A stretch of 64,000 bases of DNA from Leptospiraceae bacterium (GTDB lineage: Bacteria > Spirochaetota > Leptospiria > Leptospirales > Leptonemataceae), in NCBI GenBank assembly GCA_040217195.1, contig JAVJNR010000001.1, positions 64,001 through 128,000 on the forward strand, given 5' to 3'. A program made the translations under genes and the position numbers. The number at the start of each line of letters is the position of its first letter. Position 1 is the first letter of the stretch. Positions 37,748 through 48,446 of this stretch are shown one piece after another. The notes beneath the pieces are model-generated. The model ran no database searches and was not told the DNA's origin. It saw nothing but the letters and a program-made list of their open reading frames with translations.

Positions 37748-40700
37748 ATGTTTGATCGAATCCTTCGATATTCTGTATTTAATCCGGCAGCGGCCATCAT
37801 GCTGGCCGCGACCTTGCTTCTGGGAGCTATAGTTGCCTATCAGTATTTGCCCATCGATGCAGTCCCGGATATAACAAACGTCCAGGTGCAGATAATGACC
37901 AGAGCCGAATCTCTGGATGGAGAAACCATTGAGGCCAACATTACCTATCCCATAGAAAGCAGCATGGGGGCGGTTCCCAGAGTTCAGGAAGTGCGTTCGG
38001 TTACGCGCTTTGGTCTTTCCGTGGTTACCGTAGTCTTCGAGGAAGGCACCGACATCTACCTGGCACGTCAGCTGGTTAACGAGCAGCTTTCCACTCTGGA
38101 TCTGCAGGGTTATAAGCCCAGGATGGGCCCCATTGCCACCGGACTGGGAGAGATCTATCATTACAGTTTAGATGTTAAAAATCCGTCCAGCGATCCGCAA
38201 AAGCGTCTGGAACAATTGAGTCGGCTTCGCACGATCCAGCAGTGGGATATTAAACGAAGGCTGCTTTCCGTGCAGGGAGTGGCAGAAGTGAATACCATTG
38301 GTGGATTTGAGGAAGTCTACTTTGTGCAGCCGGACCCTGCACTCATGGCTCGATATGGAGTTCATTTCGATGACATCAAACGAGCTCTCATTGAAAGCAA
38401 TCGAAATGCAGGAGGGGGCACTTTTCAGCAATCTGCCAATCAGCTCATAGTCCAGGGTGATGGTCTGGTGCGATCTACTGGAGAAATTGAATCTCTACCT
38501 CTTAAACAACTACCGGATTTGACCACTTTACGAGTGGGTGATGTGGCCCGGGTGGGTCTGGACCGGGAAGTGCGCACCGGAGCTGCTGTAATAAACGGTG
38601 AGGAAGGAGTTCTGGGTACGGTATTTATGCTCCTGGGGGAAAACAGTCGAACTGTATCCAACCGAGTGGACCGCCAGATGCAAGAGATTCGTGCCGCACT
38701 ACCCGAAGATGTGGAATTAAGAACTCTGTACAATCGCTCTTATCTTGTGGATGGCACCATTGAAACAGTTCAGGAAAATCTGGCTTTTGGAGCCTTGCTT
38801 GTAGTTGCTATTTTGCTTTTTCTAACAGGAAATATTCGAGCAGCTCTCATTGCCTCTGCTGTGATTCCTTTATCTCTTGCAGCAACTCTTATAGGAATGT
38901 ATTTTACCGGAGTATCGGCCAATCTGATGAGTCTGGGGGCTCTGGATTTTGGTATCATCATTGATGGAGCTGTTATTGTAATCGATCAATGTGTGCATCG
39001 TGTTCAGCGCAGACGAAATGAACTGGGCCATGACCTGGATAGAAATGAGATTCGCCAGGCGGTTGCCTCGGCTTCGGTGGAAATTCGCAGGGCAGCAGGA
39101 TTCGGCCAGATAATCATTCTAGTGGTCTTCCTACCAATGTTCGCATTAACCGGAATCGAAGGTAAGATGTTTCGACCCATGGCTGCTGCTTTTTGTTTTG
39201 CTTTGCTGGCCGCCTTTGTCCTGGCTTTTACTGTTGTTCCTGCTCTGGCTGGAATCTTCTTAAAAAGTTCCTCTCGAGAGTCCAGAATTACTGCTTTGCT
39301 GGAAGATTACTATTCCAGGATGTTGGACCGGGCTTTCGAGTTTCGTAAATTGGTTCTGGGTATTGCAGTAGCTCTCATCGCCATCGCTGCTATTGCATTG
39401 AGTACGCTTGGAGGGGAGTTTATTCCCCAGCTATATGAAAGGGCCATTGCCATGCAATTTGTTCGTCCACCTTCCATTTCACCGGAAGCTTCGGTGAAGT
39501 TAGAAGAGATATCGCATGGAGTTATTCAAGAGTTCCCTGAAGTGGATCAGGTGTTTACCCGGATTGGGTCGGCAGAGATTGCCACAGATCCAATGGGAGT
39601 GAACCTGGGAGACTGCTACATAATGCTAAAGGCCAGAAGCCAGTGGCCAGCAGTGCAGGGCAGGGTAAGAAGCCCGGATGAACTTAGAACTGCATTGCGC
39701 CAGGAGCTGCAGAGTCGAGTACCGGGACAGCGAATTCTAATGAGTCAGCCAATTGAACTGCGGTTCAATGAATTGCTGGAAGGAGCCCGGGCGGATCTCA
39801 CTTTGAAGATTTATGGAGAAGACCTGAGAATTCTTCAAGATCTCAGCGAAAAAGCGGCCGTAATTGTTTCATCCATTCCCGGAGCCGGAAATGCGGAGCC
39901 AGAGATTCGAGGACAGATACCGGTAATTCGAGTGGAACCGGATCTCCAGGCCCTTCGCAGCCTGGGGCTGAGCAGAAAGGAAGTACTTGATACACTTTCC
40001 ATGGGCCTGGGAGGCGAAGACACCGGGTATCTTTATCGTGGCGTTCGCAGATTTCCCATTCGACTTCGGCTGAATGAGAGTCAGAGAAACCTGCAAACCC
40101 TTGAAAGTTTACCTGTGGGAACCACAGAAAGTTCCACAGAACCTCTTGGAACTCTGGCAAACATACGAGAGATCAAAACATTTGAGATGATCAAAAGAGA
40201 CTCCATGCAAAGAAGGGGGGCTATTCTGATCAATCCGGAAACTACCGATACGGAGGGCCTGGTGGAAGCAGCGCAACAGGCTCTGGACGAGCAGCTGGAT
40301 CTACCGGCCGGCTATTTTATGGAATGGGGAGGTAGTTTCAAGAATCTGCAAAAAGCCCGTCAGCGACTTTCCATAGTTGCACCTCTGGCATTTCTTATTG
40401 TATGTTTGATGATCTATTCTGCTTTTCGCGACTGGGTGCGAACGATTCTGGTACTGGCCGGAGTACCTTTCGCTCTGGTAGGCGGAGTCATTGGTCTGGC
40501 TATTTCGGGACAATCCTTGAGCATTTCTGCCTCAGTGGGTTTCATCGCTTTGTTTGGTATTTCGGTACTGAACGGCGTGGTACTTATGAGTCGCTATCGG
40601 GATCTAGCTGCTACCGGCATGTCCGGTCGGGAACTGGCCATATCGGGAGCGAAAAGCCGATTACGCGCCGTGGCGATGACGGCTTTAACGGACATATTCG

Positions 40701-40867
40701 GATTTATGCCCATGATGCTGGCCACCGGCCTTGGTGCCGAGGTGCAACGTCCCCTGGCTACGGTTGTGGTCTGCGGAGTCTTTACATCGTCTTTTGTAAT
40801 TCTTTTTGTACTACCCCTTATGCACTCTTTGTTGGAGCCCTTCCTTAAGGTGGATTCAGATTCTTGA
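37748..40867 (+). CDS. czcA: CusA/CzcA-family heavy-metal efflux RND transporter
   Basis: LPIDAVPDITNVQVQI, TGLGEIY, SLGALDFGIIIDG and GAEVQRPLATVV motifs. The DFG-type TM4 points to divalent cations. AGGAG SD before the ATG at 37748. Confidence 0.92.
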   Translation: MFDRILRYSVFNPAAAIMLAATLLLGAIVAYQYLPIDAVPDITNVQVQIMTRAESLDGETIEANITYPIESSMGAVPRVQEVRSVTRFGLSVVTVVFEEGTDIYLARQLVNEQLSTLDLQGYKPRMGPIATGLGEIYHYSLDVKNPSSDPQKRLEQLSRLRTIQQWDIKRRLLSVQGVAEVNTIGGFEEVYFVQPDPALMARYGVHFDDIKRALIESNRNAGGGTFQQSANQLIVQGDGLVRSTGEIESLPLKQLPDLTTLRVGDVARVGLDREVRTGAAVINGEEGVLGTVFMLLGENSRTVSNRVDRQMQEIRAALPEDVELRTLYNRSYLVDGTIETVQENLAFGALLVVAILLFLTGNIRAALIASAVIPLSLAATLIGMYFTGVSANLMSLGALDFGIIIDGAVIVIDQCVHRVQRRRNELGHDLDRNEIRQAVASASVEIRRAAGFGQIIILVVFLPMFALTGIEGKMFRPMAAAFCFALLAAFVLAFTVVPALAGIFLKSSSRESRITALLEDYYSRMLDRAFEFRKLVLGIAVALIAIAAIALSTLGGEFIPQLYERAIAMQFVRPPSISPEASVKLEEISHGVIQEFPEVDQVFTRIGSAEIATDPMGVNLGDCYIMLKARSQWPAVQGRVRSPDELRTALRQELQSRVPGQRILMSQPIELRFNELLEGARADLTLKIYGEDLRILQDLSEKAAVIVSSIPGAGNAEPEIRGQIPVIRVEPDLQALRSLGLSRKEVLDTLSMGLGGEDTGYLYRGVRRFPIRLRLNESQRNLQTLESLPVGTTESSTEPLGTLANIREIKTFEMIKRDSMQRRGAILINPETTDTEGLVEAAQQALDEQLDLPAGYFMEWGGSFKNLQKARQRLSIVAPLAFLIVCLMIYSAFRDWVRTILVLAGVPFALVGGVIGLAISGQSLSISASVGFIALFGISVLNGVVLMSRYRDLAATGMSGRELAISGAKSRLRAVAMTALTDIFGFMPMMLATGLGAEVQRPLATVVVCGVFTSSFVILFVLPLMHSLLEPFLKVDSDS

Positions 40868-40871
40868 AATC

Positions 40872-41183
40872 ATGGGGAAAAACACTCAGGGAGGCGATGT
40901 TCAGGCTTCAGTGATGGAAAGGCATATTCATACTCTGGGTATTCGTTTCCTGGGTACTGAGCGTGCCACTGCCTATCTACCGGGCTATCTGGCCCAGGGT
41001 ATTTTGAATGGAAGAAAGGTACCCACCGGAACTGTGACTCCGCTGGATTTTATCGAAAGGCATGAGATTGATCACATTCTGGCAGATCTGGCCTCCATAG
41101 ATGGAGTTGATGTTTATCGCATCAATACAGACAGAACAAGCTTCGGCAGAGGGATGGGGAGCCAGAACACCAGCCCAGAATAG
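40872..41183 (+). CDS. Hypothetical protein (last gene of the efflux operon)
   Basis: ATG 4 nt after the czcA stop; ends just before a terminator. Confidence 0.5.
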   Translation: MGKNTQGGDVQASVMERHIHTLGIRFLGTERATAYLPGYLAQGILNGRKVPTGTVTPLDFIERHEIDHILADLASIDGVDVYRINTDRTSFGRGMGSQNTSPE

Positions 41184-41189
41184 TACAAT

Positions 41190-41212
41190 AAAAAAGGGGC
41201 CGAAGCCCCTTT
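41190..41212. terminator. Bidirectional intrinsic terminator
   Basis: AAAAAA-GGGGC-cgaa-GCCCC-TTT between convergent genes. Confidence 0.85.
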
Positions 41213-41233
41213 GCTTTGCAAAGCCTTTCTGGA

Positions 41234-41458
41234 TTAATCTTCCAGTAGATTATTGAGACTATCTAGCAGTTGTTCCACAGGCACTCCATAGCCCATGCAA
41301 ACCTGCTCAATGGTTTCCAGCTCATTGATGGAGCAATGAGAACAGCCCCCCAGATGATAACTGGAGAACACGATGGCCGCTTCTGGATGAAGCTGCATGG
41401 CTTCTCCGACAGTCATGTCTGCTGTAAACTGTGATTTTTCTTGAACGTCCGATGACAT
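41234..41458 (-). CDS. DUF1858 (hybrid-cluster-associated redox disulfide) domain protein
   Basis: FTADMTVGEAMQLHPE...GGCSHC...ETIEQ...YGV..EQLLDSLN; GAGGG SD. Confidence 0.85.
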   Translation of the reverse strand: MSSDVQEKSQFTADMTVGEAMQLHPEAAIVFSSYHLGGCSHCSINELETIEQVCMGYGVPVEQLLDSLNNLLED

Positions 41459-41676
41459 GTTATCCCTCTCTTACCGCCCTGATTATTCAGATACGGCCTA
41501 TTTTGGGCCCGAGGCCCCTGCGCTCAGTGTATACCGAGCGCACAGTATACTGATGCAAAGGAAGGCAAAAAGCCGGTCCTGGTCAATAAAAATACAATCA
41601 TGTACCTGCTTCATCCGTCCAAAGCCATAGAGGTTAAACTGGTTGTCATAATCCTTTCGGAACATTGTCTGGAAGC

Positions 41677-42141
41677 ATGAACATGGACCAGAATGCCCAT
41701 CCTCACCTGCTGGAAGATCTACAGGGTTTCTCCAACCATTCAGGTGAATTTATGATCCGGATCGAGGGCCGATTTGAGTCCTCGCATTATCTTTACAGAT
41801 ATTTTCCGGATGGTTCGGACGAACCTGTGCATGGTCATTCATGGCTGGTAGAGGTTTTTCTGGCGCGCACCGACGGGGGATTGGGCGCGGACGGTATTAG
41901 CTACGATTTTCTCTCTGCTCGATTGCGGCTCAATGAGCTGGTGGATCGGATGGAGCATGTGTTAATAAATAATCTGCCGGAATTTGAAGGAATCAATCCA
42001 ACGGCAGAAAACCTGGGTCGCTGGTTCTATGCGGGCCTGAAGGAAGTGGTGAATAAAGAGGGTGCATGCGTTCGGGAGATTCGAATTCACGAGGGGCCGT
42101 CCAATTATGCGGTATTTCGTCCCTCGAAATTGGAAGCTTGA
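41677..42141 (+). CDS. queD: 6-carboxytetrahydropterin synthase (PTPS family)
   Basis: FESSHYL, HGHSW, YDF, NPTAEN and IHEG motifs. Confidence 0.85.
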   Translation: MNMDQNAHPHLLEDLQGFSNHSGEFMIRIEGRFESSHYLYRYFPDGSDEPVHGHSWLVEVFLARTDGGLGADGISYDFLSARLRLNELVDRMEHVLINNLPEFEGINPTAENLGRWFYAGLKEVVNKEGACVREIRIHEGPSNYAVFRPSKLEA

Positions 42142-42211
42142 TTCTCAGGCTTACCGGCGCCATGCTTTAAAAACCGGTCCTTTCTATTTGCCATTTGGTT
42201 TCGCCGGATGT

Positions 42212-45200
42212 ATGGCCGGACCATGTCAGAAATCTCCTAAAGCGTTATCCGCGTATTTATGTTCCTTGATACTCATGTTGGCCTTGGCGGGCCCTGCGAA
42301 TGCCCGGACATTCCTGATGGATGAGGGTTTTAGCAGTACCGACCTGCAAGGCGAATTGGAAGTATTTGTGGACACCTCCGGTCAGCTGAAGGTGGAGCAA
42401 ATTGAAAGAGCCAGTTTTCAGCCCGTGGGCGATGAAGTCTGGAATCGGGGGCTGAGTTCATCCAATCACTGGCTTAAATTCTCAATCAAGAATGGAACCG
42501 ACCTGGGCGATCCAGTTTACCTGGAGGTATTCTATCCTTTGCTTGATTACGTGACCCTGTTTCGTTCCGGCCCCGGCGGAAAATATGAACCAAGCGCCAC
42601 CGGCGATATGCTTCCTTTCGCAAAACGTGAAATGGAACATCGAAACTTTATTTTTGTTTTGAGGATTCCACCAGGTCAGACCAGAGAGTACCTTCTAAGG
42701 GTTAGCAGCCATGGACCGCTTCAGGTACCGCTCAGAGTGCGTAGCGCCCAGGATCTTCTACAGAAAGATCGCACCGTTCAGTATGCCCAGGGATTATATT
42801 TCGGTATCATGCTGGCCATGCTTCTGTACAATGCATTTCTGTACATCACCGTTCGCTACAGCGGCTATCTGCATTATGTATTCTACATTGCCGGTCTATC
42901 TCTCTTCCAGCTGCTCTATCATGGATACTTTTTTGCCATCTTTATGCCCGATTACCCTGTCCTGGTAAATGAGGCCTTGATTTTTTCTATCGCATTCATG
43001 CTATTCTGGGGGATTCAATTCAGTAGAACTTTCCTGAATACTCAAAGATACGATACCATGCTGGATCGTCCTCTTCTGGTATTGCAGACTCTGGCCGTGG
43101 TTGGTGGCCTGTCCAGCTTTATCCTGTCCTATCAGATCGCCCTAAATTTCGCTGTTCTCTCTTCGGTTACCTTTGTTGTATTCATTTTCGTTGCAGCGCT
43201 TCGTAGATTGTATAGAGGCTACCGACCGGCCAGATTCTTTCTCATCGCCTGGACCACTCTTCTAATGGCCATTCTAGTGCTGGCCATGAAACAGTATGGA
43301 TGGATCCCTTATTCATTCTTCAGTAACTATGCAATGCAAATCGGTTCCGGTATGGAAGTGATCCTATTATCTGCGGCTCTGGGCGATCGAATCAAAACCA
43401 TAGAAATGGACAAAAAGGAGGCTCAATCGTTTGCCTATCAGAGCTTGAAAAAGGCGCATCATATCAAGGATGAATTTCTTTACAACACATCGTTGGAGCT
43501 GCGGGAACCAATTGAAGGCATTGTAGGAATGACCGAAGGGCTACTTGAATTGAGCAGACGCAGTGAGGATCGACCAGGGCGGATGGAGGAACTTAGAGAC
43601 GGTCTTAGCGTTATTGCATCCACAGGCACCATTGTTAGTGGTCTGGTAAACGATATCCTGGATTTTTATCGAATCAAAAATTCGGAAATCTATCTGAACA
43701 GAACATCGGTTTCGCCTGCCAGTGTAGTGAGCGTAGCCATGGATCTGTGCAGACCCTGGGCTGTGGCCCGGGGAATTGAAATGAGTACAGATATACCGGA
43801 GTCCATAAATCTGCTTTATGCAGATGAGATTCGCCTGCGACAAATACTGCTGAATTTGCTCAACAATGGCATTAAGTTTACTCAGGAGGGCTCGGTAACG
43901 GTTCGTGCCCGGAACCTGGACCAGTTCGTAGAGTTCACTATTGAAGATACAGGCTCTGGCATTCCTTCTGATGCGCTGGAGGACATATTCTTTATATTCG
44001 AAAGGCCGGAACTTGCTGCAGGAAGAAAGGGTGGCAAAGGCCTGGGACTGACCATTACGCGAAAGTTGATTGAGCTACATGGAGGAATGATTCGAGCCGA
44101 ATCATCCAGTGAGGGAACCAGGATGATTTTTACAATTCCCCGAAGCCAGTCCAACCATCCTATTTTGCCAGGAATGATACCTTCGAAAAAAGGCGTGGAT
44201 CCAGTCTCGGACTTTATTCCAGCTCATGAGGGCAGCCATACAATCCTTATTGCCGATGACGATAACATACATTTGAGAGCACAGGAGCGAAGGCTAATAC
44301 AGGCCGGATTCAGAGTGTTATCCGCCGGAAACCTTCAGAGTTTGAAAAAGCATGTGGCCAGGGAGCCTGTGGATCTTATGATCATCGACCTGTACCTGAA
44401 TGGACAGAATGGCTACGAGCTCTGCCGGGAAATCCGTCAGGATTTTTCTCTCTATGAGCTACCGATTATTATTGTGGGCAGAGGTAGAAGTCAGGCAGAG
44501 CTGGAGACTGCCATGGATAACGGGGCCAACGACTATATTTCCCGGCCTGTGGATCGGGTGGAACTATTAAGTCGAGTGCAAATGCTTCTTGAGTTAAAGG
44601 ATTCCATTCTTGAGAGGGAACGTCTTCTTAGCTTTGAAAAGGAACTGGATGTAGCTCGTTCCATCATGGAGAAGCTTCTACCGTTGAAGCCCGAGTTCCC
44701 GGATAGCCTGGATGTATCTATTCTGTATTTGCCTGCAGGCTCCATTGGTGGAGATATATATGATTTTCGCAGTGAAGAATGGTTCAATGTCTTAATCGCC
44801 GATGTCACCGGTCACGGTGTACCGGCTGCACTGTATGCCTCCATGGTAAAGATTGCACATAACGTGGCCCTGCGGGAAGGACACTGCAAACCGGATGAAA
44901 TTCTAGAAAGTATTCATGGAACCATTCGAAATCAACTTGGCGAGCACTTTGTTACGGCAGGCTATTTAAGAATCCATCCGCAGTCTGGCCGGTTGGAGTA
45001 TAGCAGGGCCGGGCATCTTCCTCTGCTCATTTATCGCAGGATCACAAATGAGTTCATCGAGTTGAATCCGGGGGGGCGACTGCTTGGACTTGTGGATGAA
45101 TTGAATCTTCAGCGCGAAGAGCTCCAGGTTCAGTCTGGTGATAGAATTTTTTGTTATACAGATGGAATCCATGAAACTCTGACCGAGCAGGGAACTCACT

Positions 45201-45355
45201 TTGGAGATCTAGAATTTAGAGCCCTGGCCGCTGAAACCATTGAACTTGGGGCGGATGCCACTATAGAAGCTATCTGTGATCGATTGTCGGAGCTTGGCGA
45301 AATCTCAGGCCAAATTGAAGACGACCGAACTATGATTCTAATCGATGTAAAGTAG
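42212..45355 (+). CDS. 7TMR-DISM sensor - histidine-kinase-like core - receiver - SpoIIE/PP2C phosphatase
   Basis: DISMED2 extracellular domain, 7 TM helices, N/G1/G2 boxes, REC (IADDD...IIDL), PP2C (GGDIYD, ADVTGHG, YTDG, DDRT). The H-box reads TSLELREP. Start uncertain (track start 42062 overlaps queD). Confidence 0.88.
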   Translation: MAGPCQKSPKALSAYLCSLILMLALAGPANARTFLMDEGFSSTDLQGELEVFVDTSGQLKVEQIERASFQPVGDEVWNRGLSSSNHWLKFSIKNGTDLGDPVYLEVFYPLLDYVTLFRSGPGGKYEPSATGDMLPFAKREMEHRNFIFVLRIPPGQTREYLLRVSSHGPLQVPLRVRSAQDLLQKDRTVQYAQGLYFGIMLAMLLYNAFLYITVRYSGYLHYVFYIAGLSLFQLLYHGYFFAIFMPDYPVLVNEALIFSIAFMLFWGIQFSRTFLNTQRYDTMLDRPLLVLQTLAVVGGLSSFILSYQIALNFAVLSSVTFVVFIFVAALRRLYRGYRPARFFLIAWTTLLMAILVLAMKQYGWIPYSFFSNYAMQIGSGMEVILLSAALGDRIKTIEMDKKEAQSFAYQSLKKAHHIKDEFLYNTSLELREPIEGIVGMTEGLLELSRRSEDRPGRMEELRDGLSVIASTGTIVSGLVNDILDFYRIKNSEIYLNRTSVSPASVVSVAMDLCRPWAVARGIEMSTDIPESINLLYADEIRLRQILLNLLNNGIKFTQEGSVTVRARNLDQFVEFTIEDTGSGIPSDALEDIFFIFERPELAAGRKGGKGLGLTITRKLIELHGGMIRAESSSEGTRMIFTIPRSQSNHPILPGMIPSKKGVDPVSDFIPAHEGSHTILIADDDNIHLRAQERRLIQAGFRVLSAGNLQSLKKHVAREPVDLMIIDLYLNGQNGYELCREIRQDFSLYELPIIIVGRGRSQAELETAMDNGANDYISRPVDRVELLSRVQMLLELKDSILERERLLSFEKELDVARSIMEKLLPLKPEFPDSLDVSILYLPAGSIGGDIYDFRSEEWFNVLIADVTGHGVPAALYASMVKIAHNVALREGHCKPDEILESIHGTIRNQLGEHFVTAGYLRIHPQSGRLEYSRAGHLPLLIYRRITNEFIELNPGGRLLGLVDELNLQREELQVQSGDRIFCYTDGIHETLTEQGTHFGDLEFRALAAETIELGADATIEAICDRLSELGEISGQIEDDRTMILIDVK

Positions 45356-45396
45356 CTGCGAGTGGTCAGGTCAGACGACTCGCAGCCCGGAATGTA

Positions 45397-48300
45397 TTAG
45401 CTGTTGGACGCGATGACTGATTTTACCACAGCTGGATCCAGTTTCATTCGCTCAGCGATTAGATCCGGTTCCCATTTATGGTTTAGATACAGGCTCAGGA
45501 TACCTTCCTTCTTCCAATCAGAAAGTGAACTCTGGGAACGTCCGGATTTTCGATTTCCTGCAGTGGCCGGTTCCCTGGAACCATCGGCCCGGGAAAGCTC
45601 GAACTGTTCTTCCATTTGATGAACCCGTTCTGCTTCTTCCAGCATACGATCTACAGTCTGATAAAAAGCTCCCAGGCGATCCATTTTTTCGTCTGCTTCG
45701 GACAGGATGCTTTCCAGTTCGGTTCGTACCACTTCTCCGGAGGACTGAATGCCCTCTATCTTTCGTGCCATGGAGCCAATCTGGCTTTGCTTCGCTTCCA
45801 GGTCAGACATGAGCCCTTCCATTTGTTCGAATCTGGATTCTACTCTCTGAATCTCAGTATCCAGATGCTTCAAGGTATTGGCACGGCTTTCCATTTTTTC
45901 CAGGTCCTGCTCCACATTCTCTGTGCGCATTTCCATTCTTTCCATCTGGCCCATCATTTCCCGGGCAAAGTCTCCTGCAGTAACTGCTTCTTTGCGGGAT
46001 TTTTCAATGTGGCGAATGGCGCCTTCGATGAACTTTCGTCGCTCATTTAGATCTTTGAAGAAGTCTTCAAAGGTTCGGCGATATTCTTCGAATTTCATCA
46101 TTCTTGCTTCAATCTTTTCTGCAACTTTTTCGGCACCCTCAACGGTTACGAATTTGGCCATCAGTTCTTCCATTCTGTATTCAAGATCCTGGAAGCGATT
46201 CTCTACTTTACCAATTCGTTCCTTGCGGCCTTCCAGTTCTTCCAGTTCTCTATCCAGAATCTCTCTGCCTTCTGACAGAGTATCGATTTTCTCGAAGAAA
46301 TCGGAAAGGTTTCTGCGTTCTTCCCTGGCCTGATCCAGCCTTTCAGATAGAGTGCGAACCGAATCATCCAGGGAATGGGCCAGTTCATCAGCTTTTTCAA
46401 CCATGGAGAGTTTTTCTTCAAAGGCTGCTATTCTGGTCTGATCTCTTTGCATCTGGCGGAAGATCTCATCTTTGATTTCGGTCATTCGATCTGATTCTTC
46501 CGTAACTTCCTGCTTCATGCGAGAGAATTTATCGCGGGCTTTATTGACCTCTTCTTCCATACGATGCATGGATTGTTCAATATTCTTGGAAGTTCGTTTT
46601 TCCAGTTCGTCGATGTGTAGCTGACCCCGATCCACCAGATGACTGATTTGAGAGCTGATCTTTTCATCCAGGGTATCATTCAATCGACCCAGTTTTTCAT
46701 CCTGTTCGGACAGGAATCGGGATGCTCGTTTCTCCAGCTCTTTCAATAGTTCATCTCTTGCATCCAGTATGTCGGATTTTGCCTGATCCGACTGGTCCTG
46801 TAGTTTATTTCTGGCTTTGGAAAGCTCTCTTGTATGCTCTTCCACAGCTCCAAGAACATCTACCAGTTCCTCTTTCAGTTTATAGAAGTCTGCGCGAGAT
46901 TTATCCATTTCGCGCTGTTGATCCCGGGCTGTATCTTTGAGGTCTTCGCCCAGTTCCTGGGTTTTTCGTGCCAGCGCTTCTTTAAGGCGATCGGAAAGTC
47001 CTTCAAATTGCTCGTATAGCTCTTCATAATTACGTCGAGCTTCTTCAATTTTCTGCTCTTCTTCCCGGGCCGCTTCATGAAACTGTCGGCGGCTGTCCTG
47101 GAGTATACCCTGGAGCTGTTCCTGCACAGAACTGGATTCTGTGCGCATTTCCTGGCGGATTCGCTCTGCATCGGCACCCAGTGCCTGAACCTGCTGCTTT
47201 CGCACGCCTTCTATGTTCTCATCAAGGCCTTCCAGTTTTTCCTGCAGTGCTTCCAGTTTTTCCGCTTCTATCTGGGACCAGTGCTCTTCCAGCTCCTGCA
47301 TCCTGGTTTCCAGAGTTTGTTTCTGAGTTTCGCCTATCTTGAGTAGACGATTTTCTATAGCCAGGAATTTCTCCTGAAAGTTTTGAATTTGATCGGCAAT
47401 ACCGGATGCCATGCGACGAGTTTCGTTTAAAATCTCATCCCTTCGAGACATGGTTTCCAGGCTGAATCCATCCAGTTCATTGCGGATTCGCGCTACCTCA
47501 TCCTTCATTGACTCCACTGAAGCCTGACGGATGGATGCCAGCCCGGATTCCATTCCATGAATTCGTTCGTTATACAATCTTTCCAGAGCGGTGAAGCGAT
47601 CTTCCAGCCTGGCTTTTTCGATTTCCCATTGCTCTTCTACTCTCTGGTCCGTGGATTCTACACGATCGCTCAATCTCTCGATCTGAGAGATTTCATCGTC
47701 CAGCCGTTTATGAATTTTATCTGACCGGTCATGAAGTATGCGAAGTGATTCCGTTTCCTGATCCACAAATCCGCGAGTTTTTTCTCGGGCTTCTTCCAGC
47801 AGTTCGCCCAGAGCTTGATCCAGCTCTTCTCTGGTGCTGCGGGTTTTGTTCTGAAGATCGTCCTGAACTCCTTGCACTCGGTGATCCAGTTCTTCAATTT
47901 CGCGGCGCGTACTGTTGATTCTTTCCAGACCATCTTCCAGAATGTGAATCTGTCCCTGAACTTCCCTGGCATTTCCTGCGATTTCATGAAGCTGTCCGGA
48001 AAGGCTATCAATGCGCTGCCGGTCTTCCTGTAGACTTTGCAGCCTGGTCTCGAACCCGTCCGCTTCTTCCCGGAGGCGGTCCAGGGTCTGACGAGACTGA
48101 TGAAACAGCATCTCAAACTCCAGGCTGGCATCCTTCATGGACTGAAGATGCTCCTGGGCAGATTTTTCCAGTTGCTCGATTTGCAGTTCTCCGATTCTCT
48201 TGATCTGAGTCAGTTGATGGGCCGGACGGTCCAGCTTCCGCAGGAATAGAGAAAAGGCAATGGAGCCCAGAAAAGATATGGCAATTAGTGCGAGGGTCAT
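45397..48300 (-). CDS. SpiroCoCo-type membrane-anchored long coiled-coil protein
   Basis: N-terminal TM then RKLD...LTQIKR, ~850 aa of heptads, C-terminal HTH-like WEPDLIAERMKLD..VV..VI. Confidence 0.8.
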   Translation of the reverse strand: MTLALIAISFLGSIAFSLFLRKLDRPAHQLTQIKRIGELQIEQLEKSAQEHLQSMKDASLEFEMLFHQSRQTLDRLREEADGFETRLQSLQEDRQRIDSLSGQLHEIAGNAREVQGQIHILEDGLERINSTRREIEELDHRVQGVQDDLQNKTRSTREELDQALGELLEEAREKTRGFVDQETESLRILHDRSDKIHKRLDDEISQIERLSDRVESTDQRVEEQWEIEKARLEDRFTALERLYNERIHGMESGLASIRQASVESMKDEVARIRNELDGFSLETMSRRDEILNETRRMASGIADQIQNFQEKFLAIENRLLKIGETQKQTLETRMQELEEHWSQIEAEKLEALQEKLEGLDENIEGVRKQQVQALGADAERIRQEMRTESSSVQEQLQGILQDSRRQFHEAAREEEQKIEEARRNYEELYEQFEGLSDRLKEALARKTQELGEDLKDTARDQQREMDKSRADFYKLKEELVDVLGAVEEHTRELSKARNKLQDQSDQAKSDILDARDELLKELEKRASRFLSEQDEKLGRLNDTLDEKISSQISHLVDRGQLHIDELEKRTSKNIEQSMHRMEEEVNKARDKFSRMKQEVTEESDRMTEIKDEIFRQMQRDQTRIAAFEEKLSMVEKADELAHSLDDSVRTLSERLDQAREERRNLSDFFEKIDTLSEGREILDRELEELEGRKERIGKVENRFQDLEYRMEELMAKFVTVEGAEKVAEKIEARMMKFEEYRRTFEDFFKDLNERRKFIEGAIRHIEKSRKEAVTAGDFAREMMGQMERMEMRTENVEQDLEKMESRANTLKHLDTEIQRVESRFEQMEGLMSDLEAKQSQIGSMARKIEGIQSSGEVVRTELESILSEADEKMDRLGAFYQTVDRMLEEAERVHQMEEQFELSRADGSREPATAGNRKSGRSQSSLSDWKKEGILSLYLNHKWEPDLIAERMKLDPAVVKSVIASNS

Positions 48301-48446
48301 GTCCCAACTCCCGGATTATGTCGCATGAATGGTTTACACTTGCCCTGTACAGGGGCCTGTAAAGCAAATTTTATGTCGCTATATAGAAGAAAGTTTGAAA
48401 CGCAGCGCTGATAGGAAACAGGGGAGTAAGGAGGCCAGAGCCGCCA

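Noticed and set aside
35348..41183. Metal-efflux operon as a mobile island
   Set aside because: No integrase, transposase, tRNA or flanking direct repeats seen, and no obvious compositional shift by eye.
41519..41552. Small palindromes (GCGCTC...GAGCGC, CAGTATACTG) between DUF1858 and queD as a riboswitch such as preQ1
   Set aside because: I could not match any known aptamer consensus; the elements are too short to support a call.
45404..48249. Many long antisense ORFs opposite the coiled-coil gene (similar ones opposite smc and others)
   Set aside because: Ser/Phe-rich shadow frames expected from Glu/Lys-rich codons.
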